A DNA stretch of 63,613 bases, counting the filler, from Octopus bimaculoides (taxonomy: Eukaryota), in the NCBI RefSeq assembly GCF_001194135.2. It is 5 parts of 4 records of this genome, joined end to end, with 100 filler letters (N's around TTAATTAATTAA, not from the genome) between each part and the next. Parts side by side here need not be neighbours in the genome. Positions count along the whole stretch, not along the records: positions 1 to 28,339 come from NC_068988.1; 4 more parts are not named here. One strand, given 5' to 3'. Both the position numbers and the translations under genes were made by a program. The notes beneath the pieces are model-generated. The model ran no database searches and was not told the DNA's origin. It was given only the letters and a program-made list of their open reading frames with translations. This document shows positions 1 through 13,279 of the stretch, piece by piece. Numbering within the stretch: the first letter of the stretch is position 1; the number at the start of each line of letters is the position of its first letter.

Positions 1-577
1 GGTGGTGGTGGTGGTGGTTTCTGTGCTTACTGAGGCCTTGTGACAATAATAGAAAACCTGAAATCATATACAAGTAAATTCTGAAGTGTTTTCTTCAACG
101 GTATGCCTGATATGTGAAGAAAAGTTTTCCAGCTAGAATCCTGTCTTCTTTTATTCAGATATAGTATAATTAGAAGTGCATTATTCATTGTGTCATTCCT
201 TTTAAAGACGATGTGGTTTTATTTCAGTGAAATCTGAATGTGCTTTTTAGCAATTCGAGCGGAAATGTGTGGAGCCTCTTTGATATCAGAGAGAAAATGG
301 ATAAACTGCCATTACGTACATCATGCAGCAAAGAAAAGCAAACTCCGACCCATATAATCCAATAATATTTGGACACTATGTTTAAGCATTATCACTTCTA
401 TTCTAACAGTTAATACTCTTAGCGCATCAGCAACTCCATCAAGCAGTTGAGAGGCAAAGACAACGTAAGGTAGAAATAAATTAATAGTGAAGTACTAAAT
501 CGAGTTAACCGATACGACACATTCACAAAAAATTAAGGTTTTGTGTCAATATTACATGACGCTTTATAACATATACC

Positions 578-776
578 ATTCTTGTATAAGCACAATGCCT
601 GAAGTTTTTCAGGACAAGGCTAGTCGAATACATCGACCCCGGTGCTCAACTGGTAGTTATTTTATCGATTCCGAAAGGATAAAAGGCAAAGTGGACCTCG
701 ATGGAATTTGAACTCAAAACATAATACCGTTAACCATTTTGTCCATTGTGTTAGCGATTCTACAAGCTGACCGCCG
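578..776 (-). mobile_element. SINE family A (tRNA-like head GGCGGCGAGCTGGCAGAA..., B-box GAGTTCAAATTC), diverged copy
   Basis: Reverse complement aligns by eye with the cleaner copies at 28655-28880 and 63424-63613. Confidence 0.75.
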
Positions 777-1904
777 TGTACCAGTTTATAATATAATGAA
801 ATATTTAATACTGAATTCTTTTCTAAATTTAATTTTTAATCACTATGTCCTGTAAATATTAACATGCAGTTTGTAGTTGAGTGCGTCAAATACTGAAGAG
901 CCTCATGATCATCATCTCGTTCCCTGTGTTATAAAGGGTTGTTAGAAAGTGAGTGCAGTTGTCGAACGCAGGGAGCCAATTGCTGTTCTTTTAGAGTCAT
1001 GATATGCGTGGCATATATAAACTGATACAATTTGAAATTACTAAATAAAGTGTCAAAATGTAACGCTGCAAAACATTTTGTTAATCAGTAGATTTCTTTT
1101 TTGTATAAACGCTTTGGTCTCAATTTTTCCGAAACAAGCAAATATTTGCGTATGCACATACAAATGAGATTGTGCCCTTTCTCATTAAATATCATTACAT
1201 CTATACTCGAAATCTCTCTACTGGTATCACATTTATCCTGAACTGTTTCCTCTCATTTTCCGTCTCTTTCTCCTCATAATCATTATACTCATCGAAATGT
1301 CGGGGCCTAAGTCAGACAAATCTTATTATATTTATGTGTTTCCACTCTCGTTCTCAATTCAAACCCCTTTTCGTTCTACTTTACATTTCAATATTCTGCA
1401 CGTCAATTAAATATGTACCAGTTATGAAATGGAACAGAATCAATTGCCATGGATTCCCTCAAAATATATAGCCTGATGAAAATTTTAGGAATTATCATTA
1501 TCATCAGGTCTTTGTTCTACTGACAATGTTTGTTGACATAGCGAGGGCGTATATAGAAAATAAAAGTAATGCCACCAATATTGTAATTTTGTAACAAACA
1601 CTGATCTAAAGTTACGCCTTATAATCTGCTTTTCTGCTTCATTTGTTTTTCTTTCCAGCTGTATGGTTTTTCCATCATAAAATACCCTGAAAGTAAATTT
1701 AAGTTCAATTTGTGTCGAATTTTCAACTTGGTTTCAAATTATATTTAACAATCGTACTCTGGCTATGGCTTTTATATCTAGATTTGACGCACATAACACG
1801 ACACATGTTTCTAATTCTGAAGCACGCGAAAAGTCGTCCTTGTTTCGATAATTGCTTTATTACTTCCAATACCTACTTCAAAGAGTATACTGTAGCAATA
1901 TGCG

Positions 1905-2215
1905 TGAAGGCTCATGGCTCGCTGGTGAGAGCGTTGGGATCACAATCTTGCAGAGTTCGATTCCCGGACCGTGCTGGATGTTGTGTTGTGTTTTTGAGCA
2001 AGAAACGTTTACGTTGCTCCAGTTCATTCAGCTGTAAAAATGAGTTACGACATCACTGGTGCCAAACTGTATCGGCCTCTGCCTTTCCCTTGGATAACAT
2101 CGGTGACTTGAAAGAAGGAGGCTGGTAGGCATGGCCGACTGTTGGTCTTCCATAAACTACTTTGCCTCGGAGGAGAACTTTCTAGGTCATTCATGAGTGA
2201 AAGGGGTCTTTATTT
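1905..2215 (+). mobile_element. SINE family D: tRNA-derived head plus CORE-like central domain
   Basis: A-box-like TGGCTCGCTGGT, B-box GAGTTCGATTCC, then TGTGTTTTTGAGCAAGAAAC resembling the CORE-domain motif (GTGTCCTTGRGCAAGACACT); 3' half repeated at 2508-2670. Confidence 0.7.
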
Positions 2216-2507
2216 AACTAAATTATTGATTCCTTTGCTAAATCTCTCAACAGGTAAGGAATTCTTCCATATAATTAATTAAAAAAAAAGAAATCTTGAG
2301 TCATGACATTGGTGCAGAAGTAATTAATAGAAATATCAATGACAAATGTAATTTTTGAACCGCCCACAGAAATTATCCTTGGCGATATCTGATCCACCAT
2401 CACAGTTAACCTATCAGTATATTTTACTTATCAGTTTGTTATCAGGTATAAATAAAATAATATACTCTGTATCTATGGTTATTCGCTAAAGTTAAATTGT
2501 ATCAACA

Positions 2508-2670
2508 TTTGCCTATCCCTTGGATAAAATCGGTAGCGTGGAGAGGGAAGGCTGTGTTATGCATGGGTGACTGATGGTCTTGCATAAACAACCTAGCCCA
2601 GAGTTGTGCCTCGGATGGGAACTTTCGATGGGCAATACAATGGTCCTTCATGACTGAAGGTAGCCTTTAG
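2508..2670 (+). mobile_element. 5'-truncated copy of SINE family D
   Basis: TTTGCCTATCCCTTGGATAA...TTCATGACTGAAGG aligns with 2080-2210. Confidence 0.7.
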
Positions 2671-5408
2671 CTGTTATATGTGAATTATTTGTTTGCACAC
2701 ACTTTTCATAGCTGCGATTTTTTTGGAGGGGAACTTCTCCACAAATTCATGGCACGAATGTATGTGATCAAATAACCGACTTGTCATCAACACCTGTTGT
2801 ATCAACGTCTGCTTATGAGAAAACTGAGCACTGAAACAGGCAGTTATCTGTTCTGTAAACGAGAATGACGAATGCTGCAATTTTTCAATATATTGTTTTT
2901 GTTGTCATTTAACCCCTTGTCAGTCATGATCAATATGAAGCAAATTCATGGCACGAACAAATCTACGTTCAGAAATATTCAGGACGTCATTATATCGAGT
3001 GACTTTGTTTGATTGTCTTTTGAGCACAAATTCCAACAGTATGATGTAATGTTGATTTTCTTATGATAATTAAAACAAAAATGTTTCAACAAATAAAACA
3101 TATTGCCGTACAAAATACTGAGTTTGTGTTCAATTTTGTCCCTTTAAATCTTGTTTTGCAATCGTGCTAGGGTATAATTTGTTTACATTGCAGTCGTGTT
3201 GACAAAGAAACAACTGTAACTTTTCATTGATTCATCTTTCTTCGACATTGTGCATATCCTAGAAATTAATAACGAGGGGCAATGGATAGCGGCGAAGGGA
3301 TTTACTGACTATACCTCTCACGTTATACAGTATGGTGCTCATTGTCTTGTGAATTTTTCCGACTTAAATTGGTTACAAAATTCATACCACAACATGTTTC
3401 GAATTCCAAAAAAATTCTCCTTTCTTTCAAATATTGTATTATAATTTCATTGTCTATTTTAAATATTGTAACAATGTAATTTGACATATTTGTTAAGTGG
3501 AGTGGTCTTCCGCAATAATTGTGACGCTATCGTATTCTGTGCGATGCTTGCAGTGCTAATCGTATCTCTTGCGTTTATGAACATGCAGCATTTCATGCTT
3601 AGGGAAATAATGTGAGCTAAATCATTCTGCAATTTGTTGTGTAACTTAAAATGAGGAAGTCTGAGCATGGAGCAATTTCGTCATGGTCCAGCCTCTGCAT
3701 TTGTGTTGTTTGTTATTGTGACTTAGACGACTGCTTAGTCGAAATCAAGCAGATGATTGTTCAAAGGTGTTCCTGGCCTATCTATTACACGGGATAGGCA
3801 GATTAATTGCATGGTTTTGTTGTTTTATCGAAAGAAAAAAAAAGCAATAGCTATGTGGCACTGCTTATGTCATACTTCAATACAAAATACAAATTGAATG
3901 AATTTTTGCGCATTATAGTCTTACCTGTTTTTTGTAAGAATGTCGGCATTCTATGAGCAGAGTACTCAGTAAATTTCTATTCTATAAGAAGTTTCGATTC
4001 TACGAGAAGTATGGTAAGTATATTTCGATTTGACGAGCCCCTGCGCGTTGCGTCCATGGTAATATTGATTTCAAAGTTGGGTACAATTATTGGAATGTCA
4101 AATCAGTTCAGTTTAATATTGGCGAAAAAGAAAGGCAACTTATAAAGTAGGAGGGTTTGAACTTAGAATATATAGGGAGATAACTAAACACTTGCCAACC
4201 CGTAATATCACAGTCACCTGTTTTGCACTGGGCCTTCAACTGCTGGCGAAACCGTAGAGATGTGCTGGTGACATACGCTGTCTATTGGATGCTTTACACA
4301 TGGTGAAGTTCATAACTCTCTTGGTGTGACTGCTCCGGATTTCTTCCAAACGTAAAACAAGAAAAAAAAATCATATAGAAAAAAAGACAAAAGAAACTGG
4401 TAATCACCCCACCCACCTAATTGAGTGGAACTCTGTCGATCTCAAAAGTATTGGAGACAGAGCTGACCTCAATGGGAGTTGAATTTACAGTGCAAAGAGT
4501 CGGTGGCAAAACTGAATGGTATTTTAAGCGTTAATCTAAAGACTTGCTATTTCACCACCTGAATTCACTTAAATAATCTGAAGAATCGAAGTGGAGTATG
4601 AAAGAAATACGACTATTCAAGATTGGAACCGACAACGTAAAAAAATAGGAAACGCAATTTTAATTTGTTCCAATTTTACCGTCCACTGTCCGTTACTATC
4701 TTCGCTGATAATGTTTGTCCTCATAAATGGCAACGAGAAATCAATTTAGGAAACTTGGTTGTCGATTAGTTACTGATAAGTTACTTTTTTTTCCTAGGGT
4801 TACCAAGTTGAAATTCGAACTCAGAAAGTAAACATATGTAATTAAATTCGTCTGAATTATTTAGTGGTTGGAAGCATAGCCAAATACACCGCCCCCAGTG
4901 TCCACCATCCTCCTCCTCCTCCTCCTTGAAAATATTAATAACGTTGATAATGCAGATAAATAGCATAGGAAGACACAAGTTAAACCTTATGAACTGATAT
5001 CCCGATGGGTGATCTAAAATGATTTGCAGGTAATTTATTTCGCATGCTATTAAAAGAAGAAGAGAAAAAGAAAGAACGAGTATAACATCTGAACTGAGCA
5101 CCATCGACTTTAAAGGAAGCAGAATAACAATATAAAAGAAGCAAAGAAGAAGAAGAAACCAATGGAATTTGCTAACAATTTTCCAAAAGATAATTAGAAG
5201 CACTTCTGATTCAAAATCGGTGTTTACTACCACTCCACCGTGAAACAACAACACCTGCACTCTGAATATTAACGAGAAGATCTTGCAAGCAGGAGTTACA
5301 TAAATTTTCCTAGCACAGCTGAAAAAGAAAACTCCTATTTTCTCTGTTCTCTAATAATTATTTGTCATTTTGATTTTGTTTCTTTGTAATTTAATTTTTT
5401 TCTCGTTT

Positions 5409-5447
<39 letters not shown>

Positions 5448-7427
5448 CATACTTCCTGTTAACATCTAAATTATAATTTATAGAAGTCTGAAAAAAGAAA
5501 AGTGCAGCAAACTTAAGTGTTTTCTCGTGTTACCCTTTAACTTTAGCTTCTGTTACACAAACCAGCATGCCTCTGATCAATAACAGTTTTTTTTTTTATT
5601 TGTCACTTTCTCTATATGGAAAATGTAATACTGCTGCTAATATAACTGTATGAAGCTAAAGAGTACCGTGATGCTGTAGATAACCACTTGCTGAGCTGTG
5701 AGTCCTACAGTAATCATAAACGTGCTTGGCGAAAGCATGACAATCACAGCTCATCATTGATGCTTTAACTCAAAATATTTTACTGGTTACAGTCAATAGA
5801 ACAGAAATTTACTTTATTTTTAATACAAAAAAGAGTGGAATGTGACTAATGACATTTCTTTAACGATATAATGGAATTGATAATCATATGATTTCACGTG
5901 TCGGAAGAATGGTTGAAAATTAGAGAGAAATGTATTGTTAATTACAATAACATTAGTATTTTACTGGTATACATTTTATTTCGTGCTGTATGATAAAATA
6001 TAATCGATTTACGAATTGCACTTAGAGTGCATTTAAATCTGAACGAATGGTTTCTACCCATGTACAATGTCATAAATTTTTGTTCGGGACGTTGTTGATT
6101 ATATCGACACTAGCATATAACTGGTAAGTAATCTGTGGAGCGTTATGTATCCAACGGAAAATCATAGGTCTAAAGGACTTTTAGTGAGGATATTGAAACG
6201 ATTTACTCTATATCGTCTTTAACTATTTCTACCTCACCAACGCTTTTTTTGTTTGATTTGTGAATATTGATAATTACTTTTAAACGATAGATGACAATAC
6301 GTTTTATTGCTGATGCAAAAAGCAAAATTCCCAGGATTTTTTCTACTCAACGTATAGAACACGCACAGAAATATTTTATATATTTCCATGCTCTAGCATG
6401 CTTGCCACTATACCACACTATGTGGCTTAAAATAGCCAATACAAATTCTATGCCATCAGTGCCCCTGGATCAACCAAAGCAACAAAAGATATCATGGCAA
6501 TTGGATGTGCAAAATTGGAAGTATCAAAGTAACAAGTTATATAGATTTGCTATTTGTGGTGTACCTTTCAACTCTTAGTTCAAATCATTCTTAGATCAAA
6601 TCATTCAAGGGTACTATACGGAACAACGAAGAAATACTTAGAAGATATAATGATTAGTGTTCACCCAAATACTACGCTTATAATATAAAGATAGTGACGA
6701 GTAGTGGATGGCAGTGAATGGGATCTTTTGAAAATACTGCTCCGCAAATGTCTTATAGTGATTAATTACCATCAGTTATGCTATGAATTCAATGTTTTTT
6801 CACTGTATTTTCAGGAAACATGATGAGATAAAATATGTATCCGTCAAAGAATGAGCCCAATATTACACTACACGCGGAATTTGATAGGCAGTGGACTGAA
6901 TCTAGTTATTTTGTTACGTTTTATAATTTTTTTTTTTCAGAGACGGATTCTTAGTGTCGATATTCCTCTTCACTTCTCCAGAGTTTGACAAAATAGATAC
7001 AGATAAATACTGGTGGTTGATTATATTTACTATAACCTTCCCTTAAAATATGCATCTGTCAGAATATCTGGAATTGTAGATGTTGGGGTAGGAAGTTTAA
7101 ATCCGCCCAATTTCTAGAAGTGAGTCAAAGCGTAAAGTATCTCCGGCTACATCCTTTGCCTGGCAGCTACAAAATAGATTTAAGTATAACATCCGGGGAA
7201 ATTAGGACTTCCATTTTCGTCCCATAAATGTTCGTTGATGATCTTGCCTAAGAATCCCCTTTCAGTCACCCATTTAACTCTCAATTATAGAATATTCATC
7301 ATAAAGTTTGAGAAATCCAGCCAGATAACTAGCTGAAAGTTTTTATAAGTTTCGGGAGGTAGAATTGTTCCTCAGTGCGTGGATGTTTGGTACGTAGTCG
7401 TACCCCCATAAACATTATCATTATCAT

Positions 7428-7525
7428 TCTTCTTCTTCTTCTTCTTCTTCTTCTTCTTCTTCTTCTTCTTCTTCTTCTTCTTCTTCTTCTTCTTCTTCTT
7501 CTTCTTCTTCTTCTTCTTCTTTTGC

Positions 7526-7589
<64 letters not shown>

Positions 7590-7600
7590 CATTATTATTA
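7428..7600. repeat. Compound microsatellite (CTT)n followed by (ATT)n
   Basis: Read directly; source of the poly-R/I/K/N/L ORFs at 7329-7662. Confidence 0.95.
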
Positions 7601-8130
7601 TATGTTGAACTTTTGCTTTGTATTTGTACAAGTTGACTCCAAGTCTCACCCAGAGAACTCAAGAGACAACAGGTTAGAAGGTCATGTTGGTGTTATGCTT
7701 TGAGTGTCATATATTTGGTTCTGCACATAGTATTGTTCTAGAGAATGTTTAAGAAGACAAGAAAATTATGAGTTTGTGTTAAAATTTGAGATTACATATA
7801 CAGTATTTTACGTAGGATATGAGCAGTTCCCATGAGCACTATCTTCTGCATTTCTGCCATTTTGGTGTTTCCCGATATCTGAGCTAGGTAGGAATCAGCC
7901 CTTTTTACTATCATTCCTAGGGCACATATGACAACAGGTATTGTTTTAGTCTTGAGTTTCCACATTTTGCCAATTTCTATTTTAAGATCTTTATACTTGC
8001 TCAGTTTTTGGTAGGTCTTGACAGATATATTTATGTCCACTGGGACAGTTATGTCAATGAAAATGCATGGTTTTTGTCTGAAGTCTTTTAATATAATGTC
8101 TGGAGGCATGATTTTTGTCTGAAGTCTTTC
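7601..8130 (-). mobile_element. R4/Dong-clade non-LTR retrotransposon 3' fragment (restriction-like endonuclease domain plus 3' UTR)
   Basis: ORF 7792-8142 contains PDIIL..IFIDITVP..KLSKYKDLKIEI.KMWKLKT..IPVVICALG..LMGTAHILRKIL, typical of the R4/Dong RLE C-terminus; (ATT)n on both sides. Confidence 0.85.
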
Positions 8131-8138
8131 AATTATTA

Positions 8139-8217
<79 letters not shown>

Positions 8218-8221
8218 GTGT

Positions 8222-9035
8222 ATTATGAAAGACTCTCGGATAGTGCTTAATTACCGGTTATTCTTTACTTGAAAGCAGGGAATAACAAATCACCAAACAT
8301 TTCGAGTAGTGCCTTCTCCGGTGACTCAGAGGGACAATACTCTCCTTAGAATGCTAGCTGTACCTAACAATGCTATTTTCTGGATCACCTCGAGCCTGGC
8401 AGCAGCTTCGATAAGCTTAATATGTTTTTCGAAGCCCCTAGAAACTGCTTCTAATTCTCCAATTACCACCAGTATCACTATTATTTTCCGTCTCACAGTC
8501 GTTGGTATTTCTCAATCTCTTCTGTTTCCTTTAATTTCATCCTCAAATCGCCTGGTATTGTAAAATCTATTTTAACTTCTTTTCCATCATTAATGAGCAC
8601 GATGTCTGGTTGTCTCACCTCTATGACTTGGTCGCACTGCATGTTAAAATCCCAGAGTATTTTGTAATGTTCGTTTTCCATTACTTCCTCTGGCTTGTGT
8701 TCATATCATTGTTCGGCCCTCTCAAGGTTTCATTTACTGCACAACAGCCAGTGGACACATCTGGTGACAATGTCGTGTCTCCTTTTCTATTCGCATTGTG
8801 CGAGCTAACAGCACTCACTAACAATATGGCTTATACTTTCTCCCTTCTCAGAGCACATTCTGCACTGCGGTGAGTCAGAGTTTTTATCAATATGATATTT
8901 CGAGTAGTTAGTTCTGAGAGCTTGTTCTTGAGCGCTGCATACTAACACCTCAGTGGGCTCTTTTAAGTCTCCTTTCTGCAGCCATTGCCAGGTTCTATTC
9001 CAACCAATCTTATCTTTTCTATTCAAGAACTGACT
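8222..9035 (-). mobile_element. R4/Dong-clade retrotransposon fragment, second subfamily (CCHC finger plus RLE), frameshifted
   Basis: WQWLQKGDLKEPTEVLVCSAQEQALRTN..CRMCSEKGESISHIVSEC..RRHD, then KILWDFNMQCDQVIEVRQPDIVL; (ATT)n on both sides. Confidence 0.85.
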
Positions 9036-9087
9036 TATTATTATTATTATCATTATTATTCTTATTATTATCATGATTATGATTATA

Positions 9088-9300
9088 AGGCGAAGACCTG
9101 AGCGAATCTTTAACACCCCGGGCAAAATGCTTAGCGCGCTTTTTTCATCATTACGTTCTGAGTTCAAATTCCGTCGTGGTCGACTTCGTGTTGCATCCTT
9201 TAGGGATCGATGAATTAAGTACCAATTGAACATGGCGTTAATGTAATTGATGAGATGTCAACCTCAAAATTTCAGGCATTATGTTTATACTAGAAAGGAT
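9088..9300 (+). mobile_element. SINE family A, diverged, inside an (ATT)n array
   Basis: CTGAGTTCAAATTCC..GTCGACTT..CATCCTTT core; ends TAGAAAGGATTATT. Confidence 0.75.
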
Positions 9301-10262
9301 TATTATTATTATCATTGTTGTTGTTGTGGTTGTTGACGTTGTTGTTTTCCTATCGAGATAGAGAATGTACTTGCTCTAAAGTCTAAAGTGATATTTGAAG
9401 GAGAATCAACAACAATCTATAGCAGTTTAGGCAAGCAAATGCAGACATCTGTCTATTTTTTAATAAGACGTGCTAATATATCCGTCTATTTATTGCTATT
9501 AAATAAAACATGTATTTATACGTTTCGAAATTTCGTCAAAATGAATGTTTTTACCATTTACACACGTTGTACTTGGCAATTCCATATACATGCGAATTCA
9601 AAACAATTGTAGTCAGGGCTACGGTAATTGTTGAAGGATTAAATTCAACAGGCTTATTTGTCATTGACAGCTTCACGGTGACAAAAGGAAAATGGATTGG
9701 CAAATTAAGGAAGGAATAAGATGTTACGTTATAGTTTCAGCATCATTAACGAAGTATTAAAAAAAAGATGAAATATTGCAAACGGAAACCAATGAAAATG
9801 TCACGTAATACGACATTAGATGGATATTAGAAAGCTGCTCAAAGATTATTGGCAGTTCTCAATGTGAAAAGAATTAAAATATAAAAAAAGAACGGGATTT
9901 CCTGAAGCGTAGGGACATAAAATATATTAAGGAAACATAGAAAAAGAAAATTCAAACGAAATAGAATGCTCCTTTGAAATATCAACCGATGTTAATGCAG
10001 CTGCACGTACAAAGAGGATATAAAATTAAAGAATAAAAACCCGAAAACACCCACACACTAATACACGCACGTACGCAAACGCACAAACAGGAAATGCATA
10101 CTCGTAAAAACAGACAGAGGAATGGAAAACCACACTCATACACGCATATACATAAATATTTACGTGCATATATATCGATATGGATGTAAATATATATTTA
10201 CACACACGCGCGCGTATATGCGTATATGTGTATGTGTGAGTATGTGAGTATATATAAATACA

Positions 10263-10321
<59 letters not shown>

Positions 10322-10344
10322 CTCGAGTACCTATTTTTTAAGCA

Positions 10345-10640
10345 TAGTAATTATTCCATCGGCCTCTTTTTCCGAACCACTAAGTTATGGGGACGTAAAC
10401 TAAACAAACACTGTTCGCAAAGCGTTGATGGGTGATAGACACAAACACGCGTGCACACACAAGCATACACACAAAACTCCACACACCCACACACATACAC
10501 ACACATATACGCGGGGCGTCTTTCAGTTTCCGTCTTCCAAATCACAAGGTTTTGGTCGGCCAGAGGCTATTGTAGAAGGTGTCCTGCAGTAGGATTGAAT
10601 CCGGAACCATGCAAGCTTCTTACTATACACCCACGCCTGC
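10345..10640 (-). mobile_element. SINE family B (CORE-type, internal CA/TA microsatellite), diverged
   Basis: Reverse complement aligns with 57270-57658. Confidence 0.7.
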
Positions 10641-10681
10641 GTCTACATGCATATGATATACATATAAATATATAATCACTT

Positions 10682-10875
10682 ACCGGTTTGAAATTATAGC
10701 ACAAAACCAGAGATTTCGGAGTGCGGCCTTGAAGATTGCATCGATCCAAGTGCTTAACTGGTTCTCCGAAAGAACGAAAGGCAATGACATCCTCGGCAGA
10801 ATTTGAACACAAAAGATAATGATGGACGTAATGTCGCTACATATTTTGCTTGAAGTGCTAACGATTCTGCCATCT
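10682..10875 (-). mobile_element. SINE family A, diverged
   Basis: CTCGGCAGAATTTGAAC..GTGCTAACGATTCTGCC. Confidence 0.65.
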
Positions 10876-10885
10876 TACATATTAT

Positions 10886-10940
<55 letters not shown>

Positions 10941-11544
10941 CAGAGAGGGAGAGTAAGGATAACTAGGTATTTACAAAAATGTATATATTACGAAGTGTGT
11001 AACATTGGAATATACACTGAAATTCTATATGCTGTTGACAGAGATTTGGTTGTTGAACTGCTAAGATAGGGCTGACACTGAAGATCCCATGCAGGGCGAA
11101 ATTGCCCGGTCCGGTAACTGGTACAGACTGCACTTGTCTTTCAACACGTTAAACAAGCGGGCTTTGATTCACCATCAGTTCATACGAGATGTTGTCTCGA
11201 CGTAAATAACGAAGTAATCTACGTTCTAATATAACATCCAAGATAAATTGTATTAAAAAATTGCTTTTTTTTAAGTAATACTGCTTCAGTAGCAATTAAT
11301 TATATGTATGAACACACACAGACACACACACGCACACACACACANNNNNNNNNNNNNNNNNNNNNNNNNNNNNNNNNNNNNNNNNNNNNNNNNNNNNNNN
11401 NNNNNNNNNNNNNNNNNNNNNNNNNNNNNNNNNNNNNNNNNNNNNNNNNNNNNNNNNNNNNNNNNNNNNNNNNNNNNNNNNNNNNNNNNNNNNNNNNNNN
11501 NNNNNNNNNNNNNNNNNNNNNNNNNNNNNNNNNNNAGAGTAAGT

Positions 11545-11665
11545 TGGGGAAAAAGAGTACAACAGGGGTCGCTCAATAAACATACACAACGCCCAGTCTG
11601 GGAATCGAATCCGCGATCCTGCAACCGCGAGTCTGCTGTCCTAACCGCTGGACCATTGCACCTCC
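11545..11665 (-). mobile_element. SINE family C, 5' tRNA-like head (rest lost in gap)
   Basis: Close match to 58270-58365. Confidence 0.75.
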
Positions 11666-11806
11666 ACACGCACACACACACATACACACACACACACACA
11701 CACGCACACACACACACATATATATATATATATAACAGAATAATTATAGAATATATGCATATACATCATATATATTTTTATAGACGTATATATATATAGA
11801 AGTGAT

Positions 11807-11840
<34 letters not shown>

Positions 11841-12000
11841 AAAAACATATATACATATGTTGATTGTCTACTCCTTATGCAGAGTTTGGACACTCCCTGA
11901 ACCTTTACCTGAGAACCATCATGGCATCTGATTTGGCTTTTTAAACCAGGCAACCTTTTGAAAATACAGCCACATAGATTGGACCACCAAGAGCTGCAGT

Positions 12001-12170
12001 TTAGTTCTGATCTGTGAGGATCTTAAAATGTATTTTGAGGCGTCCGTTGGATTTGCAGACGTTCTGGCATATATTGCATTGAAAGGCGTGCACAGACCTA
12101 TAGGCAGAATAGTTTTTGGGAGGTTCGCTAACCATGGTTTCGCAAATGAGATATCAGCCCAGCAAAGGAA
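12001..12170 (-). pseudogene. Decayed C2H2 zinc-finger coding fragment (RTE-like LINE C-terminus or ZNF remnant)
   Basis: Minus frames give FAGLISHLRNHG and, after a frameshift, FQCNICQNVCKSNGRLKIHFKIL. Confidence 0.45.
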
Positions 12171-12450
12171 AGGTATGGTCTGTCACAAACACACCCACAC
12201 ACCCACACATATATATAGCGGGACTGGGAGTGAGAGAGGGAGCGGAGGGGGAGAGAGAGAATTAAATAGATTCGGTGACATGCTAGTAGCTATTTATCCG
12301 TACACGCACACACAATCTCGCAATTATTCTCTTCTAAGATAAGTAGAGAAAGAAATAGACAAATGTAAGAGTTTAGGACAAATGTCAAAAGTACTATCAA
12401 CTATTAAATAATCTCTCTTCGAGGTAGCATAGCGCTTCTGCAGTAGCGTA

Positions 12451-12483
<33 letters not shown>

Positions 12484-13247
12484 ATGCGCGCGCGTACGCG
12501 CGTGTGTATGTGTCTGTGCCTGTGTCCGTGTGCGTGTGTCGTATGGGAGAATGTTTGCCAAATCGTATGTTATCATTGCTATTCGTTTGGTGGTGCATCT
12601 AACAGAAGCGTAATGTAGTATGGGCTCTAATAGAAATAAAACCTGAATGAGTAATACTTTTGTGGAAACGCCAGTAAATTTAAAAGATATAAACCACGAA
12701 TAAAATGGTTTACAAACTCTTCTTTGATCTGGTTTTCTATGAAATATCATATTCACCAAAATATGCTAATGGTAAAGAAAAAAATTATTCGAAACCATTT
12801 TAGCTCCAGCAAGTGGAACATTTGGTATAAAGCAAGTAAAAGTTCGTGAGGACATTTATGAATAATATTGAGAATAGCCTTCTTATATTTGTTTCTTTTC
12901 ATGTGTCTGTTTCTCTTGCTTTCTATCGGATATTTCCTTAATATTTCAAATTATACTTTTTTATTAATTTCTACGAAAAAGAAATGCCTTTTCATTATTT
13001 TGTTCTTTCATGACTTCAATATTTAATATCTTCTGCAAATTAGGGGCCGGAAAATAGCTGTATAGCCCTCCCTACTCCCTTTCCACTCCCTTTCCACACA
13101 CACACACACACATGCGGATAAACATATATGCTTGCATATCCATGAAATAGTATATTTATAAATGTCTGTGCGTATACATACTTATTTGCTTATATATTCT
13201 ACATATATATTTAAATGTATTAGTACATGCATATATATATATATATG

Positions 13248-13279
<32 letters not shown>

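Noticed and set aside
1905-1975. tRNA-like sequences here and at 31990-32070 and 58290-58365
   Set aside because: No complete cloverleaf; they continue into SINE bodies, so they are SINE heads rather than tRNA genes
1712-2128. 138-aa ORF
   Set aside because: Runs through the family D SINE; incidental frame
4781-5260. 159-aa hydrophobic minus-strand ORF
   Set aside because: The Leu/Phe/Ile richness comes from T-rich sequence; no ATG context or recognisable domain
7335-7385. Minus-strand CTGAGGA...GAAAC hammerhead-like spacing
   Set aside because: Stem II and stem I do not pair; at best a very decayed remnant
7329-7662. Poly-Arg/Ile/Lys/Asn/Leu ORFs, and the many CVCV/YIYI/THTH and X-filled ORFs elsewhere
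   Set aside because: Translations of microsatellites and N gaps
11070-11125. CTGAAGA-tcccatgcagggc-GAAA-ttgcccgg-TC
   Set aside because: Stem II closing pair mismatched and no stem I
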